Below, piece by piece: positions 24,043 to 36,800 of a DNA stretch of 64,000 bases (position 1 is the stretch's first letter; every line of letters starts with the position of its first letter). This DNA comes from Chiloscyllium plagiosum. Taxonomy: Eukaryota. The notes beneath the pieces were generated by a model, which was given only the letters and a program-made list of their open reading frames with translations, was not told the origin of the DNA and ran no database searches. Made by a program: the position numbers and the translations under genes. The DNA lies in NCBI RefSeq assembly GCF_004010195.1, contig NC_057716.1, forward strand, positions 26,253,132 through 26,317,131. Direction: 5' to 3'.

Positions 24043-25723
24043 ATACAGAGAGAACAAAACAAAAAACCAGGAGGAATAACCAGACTGCAGTTTAATCATA
24101 TACGTTCAGGTGAGGTTCATTACTGTGCTGAAGCTTCACTCCTGGAGATTACAGTGCCATCTGAACTCACTTCAATTAGATTACAGTCTTGTAATTCACT
24201 CCCTGCTGCAATCCATTCTGTATTTTCTAGAAATATGTCTTGTTAGGGAAACCTAAAAGAATTGGAATTAGATCAGTATGTGAGCAGCAGCTGGATTCAG
24301 TTACCCCATCCATTTCTGCAAGCAAGGAACAGAGTTATTAATGCTGGTGATTCCTCTAGTTTTCCTGTGATAGATTAGTCCTTAATGTTTGGCAGCATGC
24401 ATGCGGAATGCAGTTGTTGAGGAGTTGGTCACAGCATCATATTCAGTAGTTCCAGCATTCATTGTTGACTCACTTCTACACTTTGACTTCTTATTAGAAA
24501 GTCAGTCGTTTATTCTTCTCCTCCATCACCCATTTTTATTAACAGAAAAGTGCACCTCCTTAAGTCATCCAGCCTTATTCCAGCAGCTCTAATTTTTTTT
24601 CTCCAGATGTCTACCTCTAAGAAATGTGCCAATTTACTAACAGTTATGTGGTTTTCTTAAAGAGATGCTGATGCTGGTGAAGTATGTAGTTGATTTAGTT
24701 TGGCAGCTGAGTTGACAAAAGAGATTTAGTGCATTTCTCCCCCCAGAGCTGGCTTTTCTAAAGGCTGAGACTGACTTTGAAGGTCTTCAATAGAATGATC
24801 TTTGCCCCTTTCAATTAAAAACCGAAAGCTGGGAACCAAACCAGATGCACCAATGGTTTTATTGTTTTGGCTTTCAACCTGAAGTTCAAACACATAAGTT
24901 CAAGTCCCAGCCTCACCTGATGCTTGAAATTACAACCTGTCTTCAGGTATTTATAGCTGGGAATTTTGATGGCAACGGAGTGTTCCCGACTTCGCCTTGG
25001 ATGAGAGACTCTTTCAGGAGCACTCTTGCTTTTCTGCAGCAAGAGGGAGCTGTTTGTGGTCAGTCACACTTTGGCATTTATAACAGAAAGAAAGACTTTT
25101 ATAATTGTATGTTTACATAGCATCTCTCATACTTCAAAATGATCTCAAATATTTTACAGCCAACCAAGACCACAATTATCAGTTCCATACACAGTTCTTC
25201 AGATAACGAAGAGGTCTGTTGCCCCGTAAAGCAAGAAGTAGACAATATTCAGGTTTGACCTGAAAAATGCCAACACATGAACTACACTGCTGTCAGGCTA
25301 GAGACAGCTCCAGCAAAATCACTTCCCTTTGAAATTCAGTGGCATTTCCATCACTAACTATCAATATTATGATGCTCATTGTTGACCATAAACTTAACTG
25401 GAGCAGTCACTCAACCAGTGTGGCCCATTCAGAGGTTGAGTCTTCTGCTGTGATTGACTCACCCTGATGTTGTGGAGATGCTTGTGTGCCCTGACCATCC
25501 CTTGAGTGATGCTTTGGGAACTCTGTACTCCTGGTAGGGCCCCCGGTGGCGAAACGGTCAGTTGGGGTGGCAGACAAAGCAAGGTTCAAAAAATCCTCAA
25601 TAGCAGAACAAGTGAAAGAAGACTCTGCATTTCAGTGACTGTGAAGGAGGAAGAAGGCAGCGGTGGTAAGAAGGTCTCAGTCATTATGGCTCAATGCATA
25701 ACTGAATGCTGACCATTAACCCA

Positions 25724-25979
25724 GGGGTGGCACATTGGTTCAGTGTGGGCACTGGTGCCTCACAGCACCGGGAACCCGGGTTCAATTCCAGCTTTGGGTG
25801 ACTGTATGGAGTTTGCACACTCTCCCCGTGTCTGCTGGGTTTTCTCCAGGTGTTCCAATTTGTACTCTCAGTCTAAAGATGTGTCGGCTAGGTGGATTGG
25901 CCATGGTATATATGAGGTTACGGGGATGGGGTAGAATGGGTAGAATGGCCTTTTTCCACACGGTAGAGATCCTATGATC
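25724..25979 (+). mobile_element. HE1-type V-SINE, diverged
   Basis: Head ggggtggcacattggttcag...gggttcaattcc; V-domain tggagtttgcacactctccccgtgtctgc. Confidence 0.8.
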
Positions 25980-26164
25980 CTAACCCGTTATAAAGGGGAG
26001 GTGGTATCCTAAAGTCCCCACATGCAGCAAAGTCGCACTCAGGTTGGTCTTGCAGAAATGAAGAATTGGCATTGGGATCAGGAATGTGATCAAAGTTTGT
26101 GAGAAGATTTGTAGCTCGGTTGCTCGTTGTTGTGGTTCTGTTCGCCGAGCTGGGAATTTGTGTT

Positions 26165-26204
26165 GCAGACGTTTCGTCTCCTGTCTAGGTGACATCCTCA
26201 GTGC
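26165..26204 (-). ncRNA. Minimal type I hammerhead ribozyme in PLE pLTR
   Basis: Reverse complement GCA CTGAGGA TGTCACCT AGAC AGGAGAC GAAA CGTC TGC: intact core, stem II, palindromic ACGT, 3-bp stem I. Confidence 0.75.
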
Positions 26205-26481
26205 TTGGGAGCCTCCTGTGAAGCGCTTCTGTGTTGTTTCCTCCAGCATTTATAGTGGTTTGTCTCTGCCGCTTCCGGTTGTCAGTTCCAGCTGTCCGCT
26301 GCAGTGGCCGGTATATTGGGTCCAGGTCGATGTGTTTGTTGATAGAATCTGTGGATGAGTGCCATGCCTCTAGGAATTCCCTGGCTGTTCTCTGTTTGGC
26401 TTGTCCTATAATAGTAGTGTTGTCCCAGTCAAACTCATGTTGCCTGTCATCTGCGTGTGTGGCTATTAAGGATAGCTGGTC

Positions 26482-27126
26482 NNNNNNNNNNNNNNNNNNN
26501 NNNNNNNNNNNNNNNNNNNNNNNNNNNNNNNNNNNNNNNNNNNNNNNNNNNNNNNNNNNNNNNNNNNNNNNNNNNNNNNNNNNNNNNNNNNNNNNNNNNN
26601 NNNNNNNNNNNNNNNNNNNNNNNNNNNNNNNNNNNNNNNNNNNNNNNNNNNNNNNNNNNNNNNNNNNNNNNNNNNNNNNNNNNNNNNNNNNNNNNNNNNN
26701 NNNNNNNNNNNNNNNNNNNNNNNNNNNNNNNNNNNNNNNNNNNNNNNNNNNNNNNNNNNNNNNNNNNNNNNNNNNNNNNNNNNNNNNNNNNNNNNNNNNN
26801 NNNNNNNNNNNNNNNNNNNNNNNNNNNNNNNNNNNNNNNNNNNNNNNNNNNNNNNNNNNNNNNNNNNNNNNNNNNNNNNNNNNNNNNNNNNNNNNNNNNN
26901 NNNNNNNNNNNNNNNNNNNNNNNNNNNNNNNNNNNNNNNNNNNNNNNNNNNNNNNNNNNNNNNNNNNNNNNNNNNNNNNNNNNNNNNNNNNNNNNNNNNN
27001 NNNNNNNNNNNNNNNNNNNNNNNNNNNNNNNNNNNNNNNNNNNNNNNNNNNNNNNNNNNNNNNNNNNNNNNNNNNNNNNNNNNNNNNNNNNNNNNNNNNN
27101 NNNNNNNNNNNNNNNNNNNNNNNNNN
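26482..27126. other. Assembly gap (645 N) inside PLE
   Basis: Run of N. Confidence 1.
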
Positions 27127-27421
27127 AGTGTGGCTAGTCCTTTGGGATGCGGCATATCCTCATTCCGATGTCTTTCCCTTAGGCATCTGTTGATGAAATT
27201 GCGGGGGTATCCGTTTTTGGCGAATACATTGTAGGAGGTTTTCATCCACCTATATCCACCATGGCATTCATCCACAGATTCAATTAATAAGCACATCGAC
27301 CTGGACCCAATATACTGGCCACTGCAGCGGACAGCTGGAACTGACAACCGGAAGCAGCAGGTACAAATCACTATAAATGCCGGAGGAAACAACACAGAAG
27401 CGCTTCACAGGAGGCTCCCAA

Positions 27422-27461
27422 GTGCTGAGGATGTCACCTAGACAGGAGACGAAACGTCTGC
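27422..27461 (+). ncRNA. Minimal type I hammerhead ribozyme in inverted pLTR (sense to host pre-mRNA)
   Basis: CTGAGGA TGTCACCTAGACAGGAGAC GAAA CGTC TGC. Confidence 0.72.
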
Positions 27462-30262
27462 AACACAAATTCCCAGCTCGGCAAACAGAACCACAACAAT
27501 CAGGAATGTGAATCGGGGAGAACCTTAAAAAATAAAAAAAGTGCTGGAGAAACTCAGCAGGGGCACCATCTGTGGATGGACAAACAAATTAACATTTTGA
27601 ATCCAATTTGTTTCTGTGTATTTTTTTATTTTAGATCCCTAACATCCATAGTGCCATACTTTTAAGTTAGGCCCTAGTCAAGAATCTGTGTGCAGGCAAC
27701 AGATGCATGACCATCATTACACATTGGTGTTGGAGAGAGGTATCATTGGGCAACAGCATCTGTGACTGGGTGGTCCCCTTCAGAATACCCTTTGCACGCT
27801 CAAATGGGGAAGGGGCTGGGAAAGGTTTCTCTTGAACCAGGCTGACCTACTTTCCCCTGGGGTCAGGGAGCCACACCATGTGGGATTGCCTTTGTTTTTT
27901 GGTCAAAGAAAGAATGTTCAATTTTACAAATTGGAGTAGTGGAGCCTTCATGGATTATGTTAATGTCAGAGAGGAGAACTGCTGTCATAGCTCATGAATT
28001 CTCAGGACTCCATGGGGGTGGAATACAAAATCTATTGTGAAGGTAAGACTCTTAAGTTCAGGGAGATGGTTTTGCCATCTGGAGTAGGATCTTGAATGCA
28101 CTGTCTGAACTCCTCAATCATGTACGTGAATGGCTCATGACCATGCATCTCCAACTCAGCCATAATTAGTATGCCACAGAATAGGAAGTACATAAATTAT
28201 TAGGTGTTGAGGGATATGGTAACATAGGGTAATGTTCCCGAACTAGTCATCCAGGTTCAGTAATGTTCTTTAGTGAAACAAAACTGCTTTCTGTGACTCC
28301 AGACCCACAGCAATGTACTTGACTCTTAACTGCCCTCTGAAATGACCCATCAAGCCACTCTGTTATTATCAAGACAAAGACTCCCGATCAGCTTCTTGTA
28401 GTTGATTAGGTATGGACAATAAATGCTGGTCTTACAGGCATTCCAGACATCCTGGGAGGTCAGCACAAGCCAACGTGAAAATTCAAAAATAGGAAGGTTA
28501 AAAGTGAGCACATTCTTAGACGTCTGTCTGACATCCATGTAGTTTATTAGATATTCTGCTTTCCACACTGCAGTAGTTTTACCTCTCAGTCATGGAGTTA
28601 AAGGTGAAGCTGCTGAAAAGAGAAGTTGCAATCAGTTTCTCCAGTGCAATAATAGTTTCCAGTATAAACAACAAAAAAAGCTCCTTTTGAACAGAAATTC
28701 ATGCTACCACTATTAATATTGATCCAATTACTTTGTATGAAGCATATCCTGTACTGGGTTACCTTGGATTTGGCGGGCAGTCTGATGAGGGTTTACATTT
28801 TTGAAGCTGCTGTTCCTAATAATATGCCCTTTTGCATTGCCAATAGCTTGGGGGCCTGAGTGTATAGTTTGGAAAAGGGAGAGGACTACGTGCCAATAAA
28901 ATGACACATTTGTTGCTGGGTTAATCTGTTACAGCATTTGTTAAGCTACTTTCAGGCATTTGCTTTTAACCTTTCATCTGCTAGCAGCTCCAGGGAAATC
29001 TATGCTCCCTGGTCAGCCATTTCTTGTGCTAAAGAATTCAGCTCAAAACTCAGCAATGCTGAAAATATTCCCTAATACTAGAGTAAGCGTCCAAGTCAGA
29101 TGACGGAGAACCTTTATTACTATCATAACATTCTTCTACTGAAACATGTATATGTCTACTCTAAGGCACAGAATCGATAAAGAAAGAACAAACATGCATT
29201 TACATAGCTTTTTGCACAGTCTGAGTGTTAAGTATAGTTGGCATGAAGCCAAGCTGATGAAGTATAAGAGAAAATAAATTGTGCGAAAATAGATTCCTCA
29301 TGAAGGCTCAAAGTTTTGGGAGGTCTTAACAGATTTGATTATCCAACAATTCAAATTAAGCAATTTAACTTAATGCAAGACATTCAAACTATTAAATCAT
29401 CTCAATTGAACAACTTATCTTCGTCGATTTAGTGACTGTGCCATGAGGCGTTTAGACCCAACGTTCTGGAATTCCCTCTCTAATCCTTTCCATTTCTCTT
29501 CTGACTGTACATGTACAAAACTCAGCTCTTCGACCAAGTATTTGGTCAATGGTCTTAACAACTTGTCATCAGACTATATCAAGTGTTGTCTGATAAAACT
29601 CCTGTGATGTTCCTCGAGATGCTTAATTAGTTGATGCTGCATAAATCCAAGTTATTGTAGTGCTCTGGTCACCCTAACCTACAGGACCATTTTCTAACTC
29701 TGGTATTTGGAAGAAAAGTTTGATTTATGTAACCTCTTCCATTTCCTTCAATGACTCAAAACCCTTTTGAGCTAATGAATTACTTTGAAATAGAGTCCCT
29801 GTTTTTAACTGATAAAAAAGACAAAGAGCAAAGTCCCACAAGTGCAATGAAATAGGCGATTCATGTGTACTTGGTGAGATTGGTTAAGCAGAGAACTCCT
29901 TCCCATTTTTGTCCATTGGACTGGGTCTTAATTTAGTATCTCATCTAAATGAATAATGCAGCACTTGATTGTTTGTTGAAGTCCTAAGTGGGATGTGAAT
30001 GTTTGAATTCTGCTAGACATTTCTGTTAGTTTCTTCAACATTTTAAAAAATGATTTGTTGTCCATGTCAATGCAATTGTTCATCATTAAGGAAGTGAAAA
30101 ACATTTGTTGGTGATTCTGGTGATGCTCTGCAATATCTACAGACTCCCATCTGTTATTAGAGCTGCCACAACTAAACAGTGTTAATGTAGTAGAAACTAG
30201 CAATGGAGTGTTCAAAACATGAAACATTTTTAACCCACCCAAATCTTGGAAGCTCAGGGTGT

Positions 30263-30365
30263 ATGTGGGGATTACAAAGTTAAAAATCACACAACACCAG
30301 GTTTATTTGAAGGGCTAGCTTTCGGAGCACTGCTCCTTCATTAGGTGGATGAGGAGCAGCGCTGT
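30263..30365 (-). mobile_element. Short hammerhead-bearing repeat (family of 37780)
   Basis: acaaagttaaaaatcacacaacaccagg; reverse complement CTAATGA AGGAGC AGT GCTCC GAAA GCTAG (core mutated), followed by a partial inverted copy. Confidence 0.7.
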
Positions 30366-30494
30366 GCCTTTTACTTTAATGGCTATTTGGAGCTTTTCCG
30401 ATACTCTCTTGTTTGTATCTTGTCTTGTGCAAATCTGTCCTGGACATTTGCCAATGTATTATACCGAGGTGCATGTCTTGGCTGATCCAGTAAC

Positions 30495-30865
30495 TCACTG
30501 ACCCCTTAGTTGTGGGATATAAATTCCACTCCAGAGACATGGATAGATAATCAAGACATTCAGTGCAGTATTGTGGGAGTGCTATAATGATGAATGTGCC
30601 ATCTTTCGACAGAGATGTTAAACCAAGGTAATCATAAATGTTTATGCTGTACTGTTTTTACGAAGAATTGGACAATTATCCCTGGTCTCTTGGCTAAAGT
30701 TGTCTCTGAATAGGTGGATGATTATAGTCATGTCTCTTGTTGCCCTTTGTGGGAGTTTGTCTTGTGCAAGTTGGTTACCTGTTCCTTACATTATGAACGG
30801 TACTTTAAAAGGATTTAGTTGGCTGCAAAGTGCTTTTAGATGTCTGAAACCTTGAGAAATACTGT
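30495..30865 (+). mobile_element. DeuSINE (SacSINE1-like) remnant
   Basis: ccactccagagac...cagtgcagtattgtgggagtgct...gtgccatctttcgacagagatgttaaaccaagg...tgtgggagtttgtcttgtgcaagttgg. Confidence 0.6.
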
Positions 30866-31959
30866 GGAAGCCCTTTTTTTCATTACATTGTCATATCTCA
30901 TGCTGTTGGAATGAGCCAAGCATGTTTTCGTTCTAATGCAACTCATTCTTAAAAGTAAATAATTAATGTGTGGCCATAAGTGTTACATAGGGTTTACTTG
31001 TGATCTCTGTCTTTTTGAACCATAAAGTTCATTGCTGTTCTTCTCCAGTGTTAATGTTCAGTGTTATCACACATGTTAATATCATCACTGTGAAATCATT
31101 TTCATGTTTTGTGGATGTTGTGCTACAAATAATCAAAGTCTCATACAGCAGATAAGGAAACCATTCAACCAATGATGGAATCTTTGAGAGAGTTATTCAA
31201 TTAATTTTTTCTAGCATCCCTGCAACATTTTGCTTTCAAGTATGTATCCAATCCTCTTTTGAAAGTTCCTTTTGAATCTGATTTCACCATCCTTTCAACC
31301 AGCGTGTTCTGAATTATAATGGCTCGCTGCTCAAGAAAAATTCTCATCTCCCCTCTGGTTCATGCAATAGTTTTCTTTAAAACAAGCTCTGGTAGGTTAG
31401 GGTTTCATTTCCACATCAGCATCAACAATCTGTGTATTTTTACTTTTAAAATGCATGACTTAATTTGAGCATTGGGTTCTGACTTTAATTACAATACTGG
31501 TTGTGAAACTTGAAATCTGTGATCCTCATCCAAGCACAAAGTAAAGAGTTGTGTTACATGCAACTGTGACCTCCCCCAAATTCTTTGCTTCTCATGACTT
31601 AACTTCTTCCCAGAGCGTCCAAAGGCAGCAGCATATCAAGTACATTACTTCTAATTGTTACTCCACTGCCCCGTGATTGTGCCACTTCAACGTAAGTTTC
31701 CACTCAAGATTCCTGCTTCCAGTTTTAAATTGGAAATTATGCTGGGAGCGTAATCTCTGGATTGGAGCTGCGAGGCATGGCTGAATTCCAAAGGGAGAAT
31801 TGTTCAAGTGAGATGCTATTAGAATGTCAGAACTGCAACTAATACAAATATGCTGGGTTAAGTAAGGAAGAAGAGACAAGAAATGCATAAATTAATAGCA
31901 GCAAAATGTAATGGGGAATGTTTTAGTGGATACGACGAGATATCAGGAAGTAGCGAACT

Positions 31960-32215
31960 GGCTGGAACATTTGTTCTCTTATAGCGAAGGCTAGAAGGTG
32001 ACCTTATAAAGGTCTTTAAAATTATGCAAGGATTTGACTGAGTAGTAATAGAGAAATTATTTCTACATGTGGCGGAAGGGGGTCCCAACCAATGAACCAT
32101 AAATAAAAGATGGTCACTAATAAACTCAGAAATAATTTATGAGAAATTTCTTTTCCCAGAGGACTGATGATAATGTGTAACTTCCAACAATGTGGAATAG
32201 TTAAGTCAATCAAGA
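31960..32215 (+). mobile_element. CR1 3' remnant
   Basis: gcgaaggctagaaggtgaccttataaaggtctttaaaattatg (RRL.GDLI.VFKIM). Confidence 0.65.
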
Positions 32216-33171
32216 AATACTGTGTATTTAAAATGCTTCTTTTGGCTAATTGATCAATTCTTCTGAGCAAACCATTCTGGACTAAATTATACATTTAGAC
32301 CACTATAGGCATGCAGCAGGGCATTGAGTGATTTAGACAAGGAAAATCCTATGGTTTACGCTGAGCAATTTAATCTTAAAAAAGAGGCAAAGTTAGGACA
32401 TCATGTTTAGCTCAGGGGTTACCAAGCTGGTGTGCTCACTTTGCAAAAACAGCTATGCAAAGCTTTTAGGGAGATTAGAGATGAGGTCTATTGCTCTTAA
32501 TTGCTGAAAAATCTGGCTCTGGAAGAGACTTTGGCATCCATGTGCAGATGGTTGTCTCGCAATCCTTTCAGATCTTCGTTTCTATTTCAAAATCCCAGTG
32601 AGTCAGAGGATGAAATTCCCTGCCTGGTAATCAAGGGGTGCTTTGTGAATAGCCACATGTGCAGACGCAATAATTTTGACCTGCAAGTTCCCATTCCCAC
32701 AACACCATCACCCCATTTGTATAGACCACTGGCTTTCATTAGGTACACTCACTAATAAATACTGCCTAACTGGGCCATGTCCTGGGTGTTACTATTCCTC
32801 AGCAAAAGCTAGAATTTTCATGAGGAAAGGGAGCAGTCGTCCTCATTGATTATGATTGGTTGTATGCAGGGGCAGCATGGTGGCTCAGTGGTTAGCACTG
32901 CTGCCTCAGCGCCAGGGACTCTGATTCGATTCCTGCCTCGGGAGTCTGTAGAGTTTGCACGTTCTCCCAGTGTCTGTGTGAGTTTCCTTTGGGTGCTCTG
33001 GTTTCCTCCCACAATCCAAAGATGTGCAGGTTAGGTGAATTGGCCAAGCTAAATTGCCCATAGTGTTCAGGGATGTGTAGGTTAGGTGCATTAGAACAAA
33101 GAACAAAAAAAAAGCATTGGAAAAGGCCCTTCGGTCCTCCAAGCCTGCGTCAATCCAGATCGTCTACCTAA

Positions 33172-33480
33172 GGGCGGCATGGTGGTTAGTACTGCTGCCT
33201 CACAGTGCCAGAGACCCGGGTTCAATTCCTGCCTCTGGCAACTGTCTGTGTGGAGTTTGCACATTCTCCCTGTGTCTGCGTAGGTTTCCTCCGGGTGCTC
33301 CGGTTTCCTCCCACAGTCTAAAAATGTGCAGATTAGGTGAATTGGCCATGCTGAATTGCCCATAGTGTTAGGTGAAGGGGTAGATGTAGGGGAATGGGTC
33401 TGGGTGGGTTGTTCTTCGGAGGGTCGGTGTGGACTTGTTGGGCCGAAGGGCCTGTTTCCACACTGTAAATAATCAAATTT
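33172..33480 (+). mobile_element. HE1-type V-SINE
   Basis: Full head, V-domain and tail. Confidence 0.92.
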
Positions 33481-33491
33481 AACACTGCAGT

Positions 33492-33813
33492 GGGCGGCAC
33501 AGTGGTACAGTGGTTAGTACTGCTGCTTCACAGCGCCAGAGACCCGGGTTCAATTCCTGCCTCAGGCGACTGTGTGGAGTTTGCACATTCTCCCTGTGTC
33601 TGCGTAGGTTTCCTCCGGGTGCTCCGGTTTCCTCCCACAGTCTAAGAATGTGCAGGTCAGGTGAATTGGCCATGCTAAATTGCCCATAGTGTTAGGTGAA
33701 GGGGTAAATGTAGGGGAATGGGTCTGGGTGGGTTGCGCTTCGGCGGGTCAGTGTGGACTTGTTGGGCCGAAGGGCCTGTTTCCACACTGTAAGTAATCTA
33801 AATCTAAATCTAA
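33492..33813 (+). mobile_element. HE1-type V-SINE (tandem with previous)
   Basis: Full head, V-domain, tail taatctaaatctaaatctaa. Confidence 0.92.
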
Positions 33814-36800
33814 ACTTGTCACCTGTTTTCTAAAGGTCTGTATCCCTTTGTTCCCTGCCCATTCATGTATCTGTCCAGAATCATCTTAAATGACGCTATA
33901 GTGTCCGCCCCTTCCACCTCCACTAGCAAAATATTCCAGGCACAATCACCCTCTGTGTAAAGAACTTGCCACACATGTCTCCCCGAAACTTTTCCCCTAT
34001 CACTTTGAACTCGTGGCCCCTAGTAATTGAGTCCCACACTCTGGGGAGAAAAGAAGTTTCTTGCTATCCACCCTGTCTATTATCTCTCATGATTTTGTAG
34101 AATACAATCAGGTCCCCTCCTCAACCTCCATCTTTCTTATGAAAATAATCCTAATCTACTCAATTTATCTCCATAGCTAGTGCCCTTCATACCAGGCAAC
34201 ATCCGGGTGAACCTCCTCTGCATCCTCTCCAGCTCACTGTTGGGAGGCTTATAATACAGCCCCAACATTGTTACCGCTCCCTTCCTATTTCTGAGCTCTG
34301 CCCATATTGCCTCACTGCTCGAGTCCTCCATCGTGCCCTCCTTCAGCACAGCTGTGATATCTTCTTTGACCAGTAATGCATCTTCTCCATCCCTTTCATC
34401 TTCCTCTCTAACCTGCCTGAAGCATCTATATCCTGGGATATTTAGTTGCCAATCATGCCCTTCCCTCAACCAAGTCTCAGTAATATCAGTAACATAATAC
34501 TCCCAGGTACTAATCCAAGCCCTATGTTCATCTGCCTTACCTACTACACCTCTTGCATTAAAACAAATAGTCAGGGATAAATGTAGAGTGATAAATTCGG
34601 GGATGGGTCTGGGTGCGTTACTCTTCGGGGGGTCGGTGTGGACTTGTTGGGATGCTATGATTCTTTAAGTAGACACAGACTGAAACTATGCTATTTGTGT
34701 TAGAAGCTAGTGATATGACTGTGATAGACAGAATGCGCTGATAATCAAGCCCCACTATTCCATGAGTTAATCCATTTGTATAAGTGTTTTGATTCAATTA
34801 CCAAAATGGCTAATTGTGTCTCTTTAATATGACAATAAAAGAGGTTTTCATACTTTTAATCCCGAAACAAATCCACTCAGACAGCACAAAAGATAACAAA
34901 GGCTCTGTGGAGATTGTATTTTGAAAGTAGGAGAAAAAGACTTTTTGGCCAATGACCTGAAATACAAAAGATTAAAAGTTTGACAAATTTTCACCGTCCA
35001 TTTGGTTTCTTCTTGATGAAGTCAAATTACTGACAGCTATAGACCGATGGAAGCTCTTCGAGACAGTGGTTGGTTTGGAGGTAAATCAAGCTGGTTACAA
35101 GTCTTTATAAATGTGCTCACTGTTTAGCTTCTCAGGATTGAGAAGGTAGTCAAAATAGTGAAATGTGAAAGTTTGATCAGGTTCTCAAGTACTTCAAATG
35201 AGAGGGCGTAGAGGTTTTTCACCCTTCTGTTCAGAATCGAAAACAAGACCGGGAAGAGTTCCAAGGCACAGGGGCCCAGTAGTAGCCTCCAACCCAGGTT
35301 TTCCAGCAATTACGTACAATAAACTGGACCTCTTATCTCCCTAAATCTTTGTGTAACTGTTTTTCCAAAGTCACTTGAGCTTACTGCAGATAGCAAGTGA
35401 ATCACAGCCCATACTCTCAACTGTTAATTTCATTGCTTTGTTTTACCAAAAAAAACCATTTTTAATCCAAAAAGTGTCCAAACCATTCAATATCTTCCAG
35501 TTTTTCCATACAGTCCATGCATGTAGTCTCAACACTAATAATGTAAATCTGTAATTAAATTCTTCTGAAAGTGTGCGAACATTGGTTCTAGTTCTGTTTT
35601 CCACAGTTCCTCTGAGAGCACAATGTCAAAAGCCATTCAGGCTGAAGGATAAGAAGTAAGAGATGAAGAAAAGGTGATGTCCGGCCGAACTGATTTCTTT
35701 CATAAATTCTATTGATGATAATGTAGCAATGAACAGAATTCATTAAGTTCTACATGGACCCTGGAGCATTCTATTTCCTCATGTTCTACTGGGGCCAGTA
35801 TTTTTACGAAGATGCTATTGCATCTATATCTGTCAAATCAATTGACGTTTCCTCTGTAAAGACTCAACTCTGAGGAAAAGACTTGCCATTTAAATTTTAC
35901 GTGGGTGTTAAGAGGAGGAATGCACTGAGTGAAACTAAGGATAATAGAGAAAGACCAGTGCCTGATATATGGGAACATGTGGCGAGACAGGAGATTTGCA
36001 CTGTTGACCCTCATCTTTTGAAAGTTATTGATTATTTCTGGGTGGGTTACATTTTTTAATATAGGCTCCTTATTTGAGGAACTCCCTCCATGGAGATATC
36101 GATAGAAATGGCATTGATGCATTTAAAAAGAAGCTACATAAGTATATATGGGAGAAAGGAACAGGACTTTATTTTGACAGGGTTAAATGAAGTGAGTGCA
36201 GCTTAAATATCAGCCTTCATCATCAGGCCAAATGGTCTGTAAAGTAAATCGAATTCTGTGATGCCAGTTCTATGTAATTCCATGTCATCCACTGTCCTGT
36301 AAAGCATCTGAGGTGCTTTTTGTGTCACACATGAGTGCTGTGTAAATATAATTGTCTTAAACCTTTATTGCTGGATTTGATATACTCGTCTGTTGCTGTA
36401 TACAAAGGTTCCTTGGTAACTAACCAGTTGACACATGTACCTGTCAGTACTTGATGGAGCGGATGGAGTATGTTGCTAAGGGAGGAAGGGGATGATAAAA
36501 TTGTTGGATCAGTGCTCTGTACACTGCTATCAATTGAATCTTCCTAATAGAACTGTAAAACTGCTGGATCATGAGTGCTTTGCAAGAATTTCAATTCCCT
36601 AAAACTGTACAGCAGTGCCTTCCAAACTTTCTCCCACCCTGTGATCCCATTTTCCAATTTGCAAATTAGCATAAGGCAAACTGGAGGATTCTAAATGGGC
36701 TACTCAGCTGTTAGTACTGGTTTGGAGCTTCACTGTAGCCATTGCTACCTTGGAGTTCACGATCCCAAAATTTCATCTTGCAACAGTACTGGGGGCCACA

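Larger units (their letters stand above)
26090..27498 (-). mobile_element. Penelope-like element, 5'-truncated, with inverted pseudo-LTR and 13-bp TSD
   Basis: Minus-strand ORF pieces YNVFAKNGYPRNFINRCLR..KGLAT and DQLSLIATHADDRQHEFDWDNTTIIGQAKQRTAREFLEAWHS..SINKHIDLDPIY (RT-GIY-YIG linker and C-terminus); ~27259-27498 is an inverted copy of ~26136-26365; TSD atcaggaatgtga at 26077-26089 and 27499-27511. Confidence 0.9.
33093..34567 (-). mobile_element. CR1 LINE with large internal deletion, interrupted by two HE1 SINEs
   Basis: 3' tail agaacaaagaacaa as in the 41045 copy; ORF 34137..34469 fuses APE (WQLNIPGYRCFR...AIWAELRNRKG...GLYYKPPNSE) directly to the C-terminus (LERMQRRFTRMLPGMKG). Confidence 0.85.
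32869..34663 (+). mobile_element. HE1 V-SINE split by a CR1 insertion (5' part 32869-33092, 3' part 34568-34663)
   Basis: The SINE breaks at aggttaggtgcatt and resumes at tagtcagggataaatgtag...gggtcggtgtggacttgttggg. Confidence 0.8.

Noticed and set aside
26231-27395. Long ORFs of 226-320 aa
   Set aside because: Artefacts of reading through N runs; the 11325 and 11531 ORFs are the same kind of artefact.
29928-30290. 120-aa minus-strand ORF
   Set aside because: Starts within a repeat, AT-rich, no recognisable domain or splice context.
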